DNA from: an uncultured Acidobacteriota bacterium
GTDB lineage: Bacteria > Acidobacteriota > Thermoanaerobaculia > Multivoradales > DATKCC01
Direction: 5' to 3'
Length of the DNA: 64,000 nucleotides
Assembly (NCBI GenBank): GCA_963741925.1
Contig: CAVUJU010000003.1
Location: 79,281-143,280 of the forward strand
Both the position numbers and the translations under genes were made by a program. The notes below the pieces were generated by a model. That model made no database searches and was not told the origin of the DNA. It was given only the letters and a program-made list of their open reading frames with translations. Below, one piece after another: positions 25,428 to 33,454 of the stretch (its first letter is position 1; every line of letters starts with the position of its first letter).

Positions 25428-27126
25428 TCAGCTCGGCGGGCCGAGCCACCAGCGGCGCAGGTACCAGAGAGAGCCGAGCAGGTTGGGCTGGGTGTCGTGG
25501 AGCCGCCGGTCGACTCCGTTGACCCGCTTCGACTCCCACATGAAGGTCATGGGTTGATCGCGGTGCAGGATCTCCTGAATCCGGTTCAGGATCGGCTGGG
25601 CCGAGGCGAGGTCCGGCAGGCCCGCCATCTGCTCGATGAGGCGGTCGACCTCGGGGTTCGAGTAGGCGGAGAAGTTGCCGCCGCCGCCGCCGATCTCGCT
25701 CGAGGCGAAGGCGTAGCCCATGTCGAGGCTGGTCGGCATCGCCCAGGCGGAAAGGGCCGCGTCGAAGTGCTGGTTGCCGATCCAGTCGTTCATGGCGTTG
25801 AACTCGACCACCCGCGGACGGGCGTCGATCCCCACCTTCTTGAGCTGCTCCTGGATCATGACCACGGCATTGATCCGCTCCTGGTTGCCCTGGTTGGTCA
25901 TCAGCTCGAAGGAGAAGGGCCGCCCGCCCTTGTCGAGGGTCCCGTCGCCGTCGTGGTCGGTCCAGCCGGCCTCGGCGAGGAGCGCGCGCGCCCGGCCGGG
26001 ATCGTAGGGCCAGGCCTCGATCGAGTCGTCGTGGGCCCAGTTGTTGGCGACGACGGGGGAGGTGGCGATCCGTGCCCAGCGGCCCCACTGGGTGTCGATG
26101 ATCCGCTGGCGGTCGATGGCCATGGTGAGCGCCTGGCGCACCCGCCGGTCCGCGAACATCGGGTGCTGGAGGTTCCAGGCGACGTAGGAGTAAACCCGGT
26201 GCCAGTAAGACTCGACCCGGGTGGCCTTCGAGGCCTCGACGCGGGGAATGTCCTGGACCGGGATCTGCTCCACGAACTGGAGGTCGCCGGCGAGGAGCTG
26301 GTTGACCTGGTTGCTCTTCTCGGGGATCAGGCGCAGCACCACCCGGTCGAGGCGCGGCAGGTCGGAGTCGAAGTAGCGCTCGTTGCGCACCAGGACGACC
26401 TCCTGCTGCGGCGTCCAGCGCTCGAGCTTGAACGGGCCGTCGACCACCAGGTTGTGGAGGAAGAACTCGGAGCTCTCACGCCACCTGGCGAAAGGGAGCT
26501 TCCCCCACGCGTGCTGGGGCAGGACGACCCCTTCGGCGGTGGTGTTGAACTGGTCGGGGCTGACCTTCGAGTAGTGGAACCGGACGGTGAGGGGATCGAC
26601 GACCTCCACGTCCTGGATCGATGCCTTGAGGTAGGCGCTCGGCCAGGCGAGGTTCGGGTCGGTCTGGGCCTGCCAGGTGAAGCGCACGTCCTCCGCGGTC
26701 ACCGGCACCCCGTCGCTCCAGACGACACCGTCGCGCAGGTGGAAGGTGAGGGTCAGGTGATCGGAGGACCAGTCCCAGGAGCGGGCGAGCTCCCGGATCC
26801 CAGCTCGGCGGATGGTGCTCGGAGTCCGGGTTCTCGTCGGCGAGATGGAGGAACAACTGGAACAGGACGTCGTTCGAGGTCCGGCTGTTGGTGGCGGTCA
26901 GCTCGTTGACGCCGTCGATGTCGCTGATCGTGCCGATCACCACCGTGCCGCCGTGGCGCGGCTGGCCGGGGGCCGCCCGGGGTCGGGCGGCCGCCGGCTC
27001 CGGTGGCGGGCCCGTCTCGTCCCGCCCGCCGCATCCCGCGAGGCCGACGAGGGAGGCGACCACCAGGGCGGCGACGGCGAGCCTCGGGCGGCGGCGCGGC
27101 CGGGCTGGTGAACCTGAGTCTGTCAT
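25428..27126 (-). pseudogene. ABC transporter substrate-binding lipoprotein, family 5 (peptide/nickel type), with a 1-nt frame break near 26792-26794
   Basis: The N-terminal part is in ORF 26476..27171 from ATG 27126 (lipobox LVGLAGC; GGTVVIGTISDIDGVNEL). The remainder is in ORF 25428..26708 and its open upstream extension (ELARSWDWSSDHLTLTFHLRDGVVWSDGVPVTAEDV). The length is 1699 nt. Removing one C of CCC at 26792-26794 restores one frame. Confidence 0.7.
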
Positions 27127-27214
27127 GAGGGATCTCGCGGCGATCGTATCCGCGGGATGGAGGCCGGTCAACCAACGGGTGACGCCCGGGCCGGCCGATT
27201 GCTATTCTCTTCCT

Positions 27215-28765
27215 GTGGCCCGTTCCTCTCGCAAGCCCTCCAAGACCACGGCGCGCCGGCTGATCGTCCCCCTGGTCCTCCTCGGCCTGGTCGTGGTCCT
27301 CGACCTGGTGCTGTTCGGCTGGCTGATCTTCCGCTCGCTCTCTCAGCGCGAGATCGAGCAGGTGCTGCTCGAGACCCGCCACGAGGCGGAGGACATCGCG
27401 GGGCAGATCGCCGACCGGGCCTCGGCCGAGGGGAAGGACCTCTACACCGTGATCGCCGTCGAGAAGGACACGCGGACCTACATCGACTCCGTCCTCCGCC
27501 AGCAGGGAGTCGTCAGCTCGGTGCGGGTCCTCGACAAGGACGGGGCCCTCGTCTACGAGGCCGCCGGCGACCTCAAGAAGCCGGTGGGCGGCGGACCGGT
27601 CCTGGACCTCGAGCGTCCGCGCGAGGTTCCGGGCGATCTCCACACCGAGGTGAGCACCAGGCGCTCGCGCTACCAGGTGGAGGAGCCGATCGGGAAGTTC
27701 GGGCTGCTGCGCATCGGGATCAGCGAGGAGGACCTCCAGGCGAGGATCGCCGAGCTGCGCCACGACCTGATCAGCCAGACCGCGACCCTGGGGGTGGTCA
27801 CCACGCTCCTGCTGACCGGCGCCTTCCTCCTCATCTGGGCGCTCGCGCACCGCAGCCAGCGGCTCGAGGAGCAGGCCGCCGAAGCCGAGCGAATGGCCTA
27901 CATCGGGACCCTCGCCTCGGGCCTGGCCCACGAGATCCGCAACCCGCTCAACTCCTTGAGCCTCAACATGCAGATGCTCGAGGAAGAGATCGGCCAAGGC
28001 GGCCCGGCGCCCTCCGGCGGGCGGCTGTTGGGCATCACGCGGCGCGAGATCGCGCGGCTCGAGCGCCTGGTGACCGACTTCCTCTCCTACGCCCGGCCGC
28101 GGCCCCTCGACCTCGAGGAGGTGGCGGCGGCGGAGCTGCTCGAGCAGGTCCGCGAGCTCCTCGCCGGGGAGGCGGCGAGCCGGCGGGTGGAGCTCGTGGC
28201 CGAGGATCGCAGCGGCGGCGCCGCGGTGCGCGCCGACCCGGGGCAGATGCGCCAGCTCCTGCTCAACCTGGCGCAGAACGCGCTGACCGCCGCCGAGGAG
28301 GCGCGGCGAGGCGACGGGGGCCGGCGCGGGCGGGTGACGCTGGGGGCCGAGCGGCGGGGCGGCTGGGTGGACCTCCTCGTCGAGGACGACGGCCGGGGCA
28401 TCCCGCCCGAGGACCTCGACCGGATCTTCGACGTGTTCTTCTCGACCCGCAAGGGGGGCACCGGGCTGGGGCTCGCGATCGTCGACCGGATCGCCAAGAA
28501 CCACGGGGGCACGGTGGAGGTCGCGAGCGAGCCGGACGCGGGCACGACCGTGCGGGTGTCGCTCCCCGCGGCCGGCGAGCGCGGTCAGGGCGAGGCGAAG
28601 CGCGAGGCCCCGGCGGACGCCGCCGCCGAGCCCACGAGCTGGCTCGAGTCCCGCCGCCCCGGCGGCGTGCCGCCGCCGGGGCCGCCACGAGCTGGGCCGG
28701 AAACAAAAGAGCCCCGCCTCGAAAGGCGGGGCTCGCGAACCGCGCCGTGGAAGCGCGTCAGTTGA
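27215..28765 (+). CDS. Membrane-bound sensor histidine kinase (NtrB/AtoS-like HisKA + HATPase)
   Basis: In ORF 26888..28765. TM segments (LIVPLVLLGLVVVLDLVLFGWLIF and TLGVVTTLLLTGAFLLIWAL), H-box ASGLAHEIRNPLNSL, G-boxes EDDGRGIP and GTGLGLAIV. GTG 27215 is chosen because ATG 27125 would overlap the divergent gene's start. The C-terminal tail reads through the hsp20 terminator. Confidence 0.75.
   Translation: MARSSRKPSKTTARRLIVPLVLLGLVVVLDLVLFGWLIFRSLSQREIEQVLLETRHEAEDIAGQIADRASAEGKDLYTVIAVEKDTRTYIDSVLRQQGVVSSVRVLDKDGALVYEAAGDLKKPVGGGPVLDLERPREVPGDLHTEVSTRRSRYQVEEPIGKFGLLRIGISEEDLQARIAELRHDLISQTATLGVVTTLLLTGAFLLIWALAHRSQRLEEQAAEAERMAYIGTLASGLAHEIRNPLNSLSLNMQMLEEEIGQGGPAPSGGRLLGITRREIARLERLVTDFLSYARPRPLDLEEVAAAELLEQVRELLAGEAASRRVELVAEDRSGGAAVRADPGQMRQLLLNLAQNALTAAEEARRGDGGRRGRVTLGAERRGGWVDLLVEDDGRGIPPEDLDRIFDVFFSTRKGGTGLGLAIVDRIAKNHGGTVEVASEPDAGTTVRVSLPAAGERGQGEAKREAPADAAAEPTSWLESRRPGGVPPPGPPRAGPETKEPRLERRGSRTAPWKRVS
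28701..28734 (-). terminator. Rho-independent terminator of hsp20
   Basis: Minus strand: GAGCCCCGCC-TTTCGA-GGCGGGGCTC followed by TTTTGTTT, beginning 24 nt after the hsp20 stop. Confidence 0.8.
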
Positions 28766-29210
28766 TGGCGATCTTGCGCGGCTTGGCCTCTTCGGCCTTC
28801 GGCACCTCGACGGTCAGGATGCCGTCCTTGAAGGCCGCCTTGACCCCCTCGGGATCGACCTGGCTCGGCAGCGAGAAGGTGCGCAGGAACGAGCCGTACG
28901 ACCGCTCGATGCGGTGGTAGTTCTCCTCCTTCGCGTCCTTCTCGAACCGCCGCTCACCGGACAGCTTGAGGAGGTTGTTCTCGAGGGTGATCTCGATGTC
29001 CTTCTTGGTCAGGCCGGGCAGCTCCGCCTCGAGGAAGAACGCCCCATCCGTCTCGCGGATGTTGACCACGGGCATCCAGGCCCGGTTCGACACGTCCTCG
29101 CTGGGCTGCAGGGCCTCGTTGAGGAACGAGTCCATGAAGCGGGCGAAGGGGTCGCGCGTGGTGAACAGGTTGGCCGTCGTCGGGCTCCAGCGGGTGAGGG
29201 CTGTGCGCAT
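28758..29210 (-). CDS. Small heat shock protein (Hsp20/alpha-crystallin family)
   Basis: Internal ATG of ORF 28758..29426, preceded by AAGGAG. WMPVVNIRETDGAFFLEAELPGLTKKDIEI, SYGSFLRTFSLP, AAFKDGILTVEVPK. Confidence 0.9.
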   Translation of the reverse strand: MRTALTRWSPTTANLFTTRDPFARFMDSFLNEALQPSEDVSNRAWMPVVNIRETDGAFFLEAELPGLTKKDIEITLENNLLKLSGERRFEKDAKEENYHRIERSYGSFLRTFSLPSQVDPEGVKAAFKDGILTVEVPKAEEAKPRKIAIN

Positions 29211-29312
29211 GGCAATCTCCTTGATCCAGTCGTTTCGCGGGTTTACGTAGACGAGTCTTCCGTTGCGGTCGTCTCGAATCATCGCGGTTCCGGAGCGGTC
29301 CTCCGGGACCTC

Positions 29313-29356
29313 GGTCAGCGGAGGGGACCGTTCGGGATCCGCTTCCTCCGCTGACC
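29313..29356 (-). promoter_or_regulatory. 5-prime-terminal stem-loop of the predicted hsp20 leader (12-bp perfect stem)
   Basis: GGTCAGCGGAGG, a 20-nt loop, then CCTCCGCTGACC, starting at the predicted transcription start. The leader is ~145 nt long. Confidence 0.5.
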
Positions 29357-29361
29357 TACTT

Positions 29362-29390
29362 ATGATAGTACCCAACTCAGACCTTGTCAA
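29362..29390 (-). promoter_or_regulatory. Sigma70-type promoter for hsp20 (TTGACA-17 nt-TATCAT)
   Basis: The minus strand reads TTGACA (29390-29385), a 17-nt spacer, then TATCAT (29367-29362), in a locally AT-richer spacer. The predicted start is near 29355. Confidence 0.55.
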
Positions 29391-29485
29391 GCCCCGATTC
29401 GCGTCGTGTCCGAAAATCTCAGTCACCAGCCATCATATCTGTCCGATGATATCGTTCTCGCCACGGATTTCGAGGAAGCGGTCGC

Positions 29486-29650
29486 ATGGACAGCCCCGAC
29501 TACCTGATCTGCCTCAACTGCGAGACGCCCACCTATGTGTTCGAGTGGCGTGACGGGAAGATCATCGAGGCCCTCTGCGAGGTCTGCGGCAACGACGACC
29601 CGGAAGAGTTCATCACCCCGTCGGACCTCGACGAGCTCTCGGGGGGCTGA
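29486..29650 (+). CDS. 54-aa zinc-ribbon miniprotein (CxxC...CxxC), not in the ORF track
   Basis: ATG 29486 after GAGGAAG. MDSPDYLICLNCETPTYVFEWRDGKIIEALCEVCGNDDPEEFITPSDLDELSGG. It has strong GC3 bias, and its stop lies 4 nt before the methyltransferase ATG. Confidence 0.6.
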   Translation: MDSPDYLICLNCETPTYVFEWRDGKIIEALCEVCGNDDPEEFITPSDLDELSGG

Positions 29651-29654
29651 GGCC

Positions 29655-30290
29655 ATGGCGCGAGCCGGTGACCCCGCCACCGCCGAGCACCCGCGGCTCC
29701 ACGTCGGCTGCGGGCGCGCCCGGCTCGAGGGCTGGATCAACGTCGACGCCCAGGACCTGCCCGGGGTCGACGTGGTGGCCGACGTCACCGGCGGTCTCGA
29801 CTTTTGCGACTGCGAGGCGGTCTACGCCGAGCACTTCCTCGAGCACCTGCGGATCGACCATGCCCTGGACTTCCTGGCCGAGGCCTGGCGGGTTCTGGGC
29901 GAGGGCGGTCTCATCCGGCTCTCCACCCCGAACCTCGACTGGGTGTGGGTCACCCACTACGCCCTCGGAGAGCCGCCGGAGCGCAAGCGCGACATGGCGA
30001 TCCACCTGAACCGGGCCTTCCACGGCTGGGAGCACCAGTTCCTGTGGAACCGCGAGATCCTGGCCGAGGCCCTCGAGGCCACGGGCTTCGTCGACCTCGA
30101 GTGGTGCCGCTACCGCGAGAGCCGCCACGAGCTGTTCCGGGGCATCGAGCGGCACGAGGCGTACGCCGACTTCGCCGACGTGCCCCACGTGCTGATCGTC
30201 GAGGCGCTCCGCGGCGCGGCGCGGCCCGAGCGCCTCGCGTCGCTGCGCAGCCGGGTCGAGAGCGAGTTCCTCGCCCACCTGAAGGGTTGA
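29655..30290 (+). CDS. Class I SAM-dependent methyltransferase
   Basis: Internal ATG of ORF 29535..30290. LHVGCGRARLEGWINVD (motif I), AEHFLEHL, VLGEGGLIRLSTPN. Confidence 0.75.
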   Translation: MARAGDPATAEHPRLHVGCGRARLEGWINVDAQDLPGVDVVADVTGGLDFCDCEAVYAEHFLEHLRIDHALDFLAEAWRVLGEGGLIRLSTPNLDWVWVTHYALGEPPERKRDMAIHLNRAFHGWEHQFLWNREILAEALEATGFVDLEWCRYRESRHELFRGIERHEAYADFADVPHVLIVEALRGAARPERLASLRSRVESEFLAHLKG

Positions 30291-30379
30291 CTCGCCGGGC
30301 GCGCCGGTGTTAGCTTTGGCGGTCCGCGCCCCGCGGCGCTCCGCGTTCCCCGACACGGCAAATCCAGGAGTGTGCTGAT

Positions 30380-30691
30380 ATGCAGGCGGTCATCGAAACG
30401 GGTGGAAAACAGTACCGGGTCGAGCCCGGCGACGTGATCGACGTCGAGCTCCTCGACGACCTCTCCGAGGGCTCCGAGGTGACCTTCGACCGGGTCCTCA
30501 TGGTGCACGGCGACGACGGCGTCAAGACCGGCGACGCGCTCTCCGGGGCGAAGGTCCAGGGGGTGCTGGTCGCCGAGGTCGGCGGTCCGAAGATCCGCGT
30601 CTTCAAGTTCAAGCGCCGCAAGGGCTACCGCCGTACCAACGGCCACCGCCAGAGCTACCACCGCGTCCGCATCGAGGACATCGCAATCTGA
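30380..30691 (+). CDS. rplU: 50S ribosomal protein L21
   Basis: MQAVIETGGKQYRVEPGDVIDVE...KFKRRKGYRRTNGHRQ. Confidence 0.95.
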   Translation: MQAVIETGGKQYRVEPGDVIDVELLDDLSEGSEVTFDRVLMVHGDDGVKTGDALSGAKVQGVLVAEVGGPKIRVFKFKRRKGYRRTNGHRQSYHRVRIEDIAI

Positions 30692-30733
30692 ACCGACGGC
30701 TCCGGCGCCCGGCCGGAGCGAGGAACCTACGCC

Positions 30734-30991
30734 ATGGCTCACAAGAAAGGACAGGGCTCCAGCCGCAACGGCCGCGACTCCAATCCGCAGCACCTGGGGG
30801 TCAAGGCCTTCGGAGGCCAGTCGGTCTCCGGCGGCTCGATCATCGTCCGCCAGCGCGGCACCAAGTTCTTCCCCGGCGACAACGTCGGCCGGGGCAAGGA
30901 CGACACCCTCTTCGCCAAGACCGACGGCACCGTCCAGTTCCGCAACCGGGGCCGCCTGGGCACCTTCGTCAACGTCGTCCCCGCCGAGTAG
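30734..30991 (+). CDS. rpmA: 50S ribosomal protein L27
   Basis: [29 protein letters not shown]...[10 protein letters not shown]. Confidence 0.95.
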   Translation: MAHKKGQGSSRNGRDSNPQHLGVKAFGGQSVSGGSIIVRQRGTKFFPGDNVGRGKDDTLFAKTDGTVQFRNRGRLGTFVNVVPAE

Positions 30992-31039
30992 GCGGGGCGT
31001 CCCTTCGGGAGAGGCCGCTCCCGAGCGCCGAGAGCCCCC

Positions 31040-32112
31040 GTGCACTTCCTGGATGAGTCGGTGATCCACGTCCAGGGCGGCCGCGGGGGCAACGGCTGCG
31101 TCGCCTTCCGGCGCGAGAAGTTCGTGCCCCGGGGCGGTCCCTCCGGGGGCGACGGCGGCTACGGCGGGGCGGTCTGGCTGGTCGGCCACGACTCCCTCAA
31201 CACCCTCTATCACCTCCGGTTCCGGCAGCTCTACGCGGCCGAGCGCGGGCGCCACGGCGAGGGCTCGAACCGCACCGGCCGGAGCGGCGACGACCTGGAG
31301 ATCCCGGTGCCGCTGGGCACCCAGGTCCACGACGCCGAAGGGGATGCGTTCCTGGGCGAGATCCTGGAGGAGGGGCAGCGCCTCCGGGTCGCCGCCGGCG
31401 GCATGGGCGGGCGGGGCAACAGCCACTTCAAGAGCTCCACCAACCAGGCGCCGCGCCGAGCCGAGCCGGGGGGGAGGGCGAGGAGCGCCATCTCCGCCTG
31501 GAGCTCAAGCTGCTCGCCGACGTGGGCCTGGTCGGCCTGCCCAACGCCGGCAAGTCGACGCTGATCAGCCGTCTCTCGGCCGCCCGGCCGAAGATCGCGG
31601 ACTACCCGTTCACGACCCTGGTGCCGCAGCTCGGAGTGGTGGATCGCGCCCCGGCCGAGCGGCCGTTCGTGATCGCCGACCTGCCCGGCCTGATCGCCGG
31701 CGCCGCGGAAGGGGCGGGCCTCGGGCACCAGTTCCTGCGCCACGTGGAGCGCTGCCGGGTGCTGGTGCACCTGGTCGATCTCTCGGCCGAGGGCGACGCC
31801 GGGACGGACCTGGCGACGGTCGAGGAGGAGCTCGCGGCCTTCGACCCGGAGCTGCTCGCGCGCGAGCGGTTCGTGGTCGGTTCGAAGCTCGACGCGGCGC
31901 GGGAGGAGCGCCGCCGCGACCTCGAGGCGGCGGCGCGGCGGCGGGGCCTTCCCTACCTCGAGGTGAGCGCGGTCGCGGGAGAGGGGCTGCCGAAGCTCGT
32001 GGGCCGCGTGGGCGCCGCGCTCGACGCCGCCCGCGCCGCCGAGGAGGACGCCCGGGCCGCCGCCGCCGCCGACGCCCCCTGGCACCACCCCGCCCCCCCG
32101 GAGACCGCATGA
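31040..32112 (+). CDS. obg: GTPase Obg/CgtA, with a frame break in a G7 run at 31468-31474
   Basis: ORF 31040..31564 ([26 protein letters not shown]...[17 protein letters not shown]) plus ORF 31522..32112 ([15 protein letters not shown]...[16 protein letters not shown]). With G8 instead of G7 the junction reads [25 protein letters not shown]. The length of 1073 nt is one base short. Confidence 0.85.
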
Positions 32113-32138
32113 GCCACCAGTCGAACGAAGGATCGGGT

Positions 32139-32453
32139 GGGGGCGTCCCCTTCCCCCCCGTGGGGAGGGAAGGGGATCGAGGGGATGCGGGGGGCATCCG
32201 ATCAACCGTCCCCTTCCCCCCCGTGGGGAGGGAAGGGGATCGAGGGGATGCGGGGGGCATCCGATCAACCGTCCCCTTCCCCCCCGTGGGGAGGGAAGGG
32301 GATCGAGGGGATGCGGGGGGCATCCGATCAACCGTCCCCTTCCCCCCCGTGGGGAGGGAAGGGGCTCGAGGGGATGCGGGGGGCATCCGATCGACCGTCC
32401 CCTTCCCCCCCGTGGGGAGGGAAGGGGATCGAGGGGATGCGGGGGGCATCCGA
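32139..32453 (+). repeat. Tandem array of 5 G-rich core units (exact 63-bp period)
   Basis: The unit restarts at 32144, 32207, 32270, 32333 and 32396. The unit is CGTCCCCTTCCCCCCCGTGGGGAGGGAAGGGGATCGAGGGGATGCGGGGGGCATCCGATCAAC. It lies between obg and nadD. Confidence 0.9.
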
Positions 32454-33074
32454 TTGGGTCTGTTCGGGGGTTCCTTCGACCCCATCCACCGCGGCCACGT
32501 GCGCCCCGTGCAGGAGGCCCGGCGGCGCTTCGGCCTCGAGCGGGTGATCTACCTGCCGACCGCCAGCCCGCCCCACAAGCAAGCCCCGGAGAGCGCGCCC
32601 CGGGCGCCGGCGGCGGCGCGCTACGCCATGGTCGAGATGGCTCTGCTCGAGGAGGAGGGCCTCTACGTTTCGGACTTCGAGCTGCGCCCCGACCGCCCGA
32701 GCTACACGGCGGAGACGCTGGAGCACTTCGCCCGCGAGGAGCCGGCGGCGGAGCTGGTCCTGGTGCTGGGCTCCGACGCCCTGGCCCAGCTCCCCACCTG
32801 GCGGCGGTGGCGCGACCTCCTGGAGCTCGCCCGCCTGGTGGTTCTGACCCGCCCGGGCAACGAGATCGCCGGGCTGCGCGCCGACCTGGCGCCGGAGCTC
32901 CGGGAGCGCCTCGCCCGGGGCGCCATCGACGTGATCGAGGACGTGCTGGTCGACATCTCCTCGACCGGCATCCGCGACCGCCTGGCGGAGGGGGAGGGGG
33001 ACGAGGCCTGGATGGAGGAGTGGATGCATCCCCTGGTGGTACACTACATCGAGAAATACGCCTTCTATAGATGA
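32454..33074 (+). CDS. nadD: Nicotinate-nucleotide adenylyltransferase
   Basis: In ORF 31344..33074. LGLFGGSFDPIHRGH, LPTASPPHK, ISSTGIRDRL. The start is uncertain: TTG 32454, GTG 32412, or ATG 32109 (which would translate the repeat array). Confidence 0.85.
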   Translation: MGLFGGSFDPIHRGHVRPVQEARRRFGLERVIYLPTASPPHKQAPESAPRAPAAARYAMVEMALLEEEGLYVSDFELRPDRPSYTAETLEHFAREEPAAELVLVLGSDALAQLPTWRRWRDLLELARLVVLTRPGNEIAGLRADLAPELRERLARGAIDVIEDVLVDISSTGIRDRLAEGEGDEAWMEEWMHPLVVHYIEKYAFYR

Positions 33075-33454
33075 GCCCAGCGACCCCAGCGAGTCAAGCC
33101 GCCCTCGACACCGCCGCTCGCGTCCGGATTGCCGTGGCCGCGGCCCTCGACCGCAAGGCCCAGGACCTCCGGGTCCTCAACCTCGGACCGGTGAGCGACT
33201 TCACCGACTACTTCCTGATCTCGAGCGGCACCAGCGAGCGCCAGGTCCAGGCGGTCGCCGAGGCGATCCAGGAGGCCCTGGCCAGGGAGGGCGTGCGGCC
33301 GCTCCACGTCGAGGGCCAGCGCGGGGGCAACTGGGTGCTGCTCGACTACGGCGACCTGGTGACGCACGTCTTCCAGCCCGAGCCGCGGGAGTTCTACGCC
33401 CTCGAGCGCCTGTGGGCGGACGCCGAGGACGAGACCCAGAAGTTCACCACGTGA
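33071..33454 (+). CDS. rsfS: Ribosome silencing factor RsfS (iojap family)
   Basis: ORF 33071..33454 (ATGA overlap with nadD). DLRVLNLGPVSDFTDYFLISSGTSERQVQA, NWVLLDYGDLVTHVF. Confidence 0.9.
   Translation: MSPATPASQAALDTAARVRIAVAAALDRKAQDLRVLNLGPVSDFTDYFLISSGTSERQVQAVAEAIQEALAREGVRPLHVEGQRGGNWVLLDYGDLVTHVFQPEPREFYALERLWADAEDETQKFTT

Noticed and set aside
27125-27214. ATG 27125 as the start of the histidine kinase.
   Set aside because: It would overlap the divergent binding-protein start codon (TCATGA). The first 30 residues are not membrane-like or conserved. GTG 27215, just before the first TM helix, is preferred, but this remains uncertain.
30287-30315. Possible rplU promoter TTGACT-17-TTAGCT overlapping the methyltransferase stop.
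   Set aside because: The -10 hexamer matches the consensus at only a few positions. There is not enough evidence to call it.
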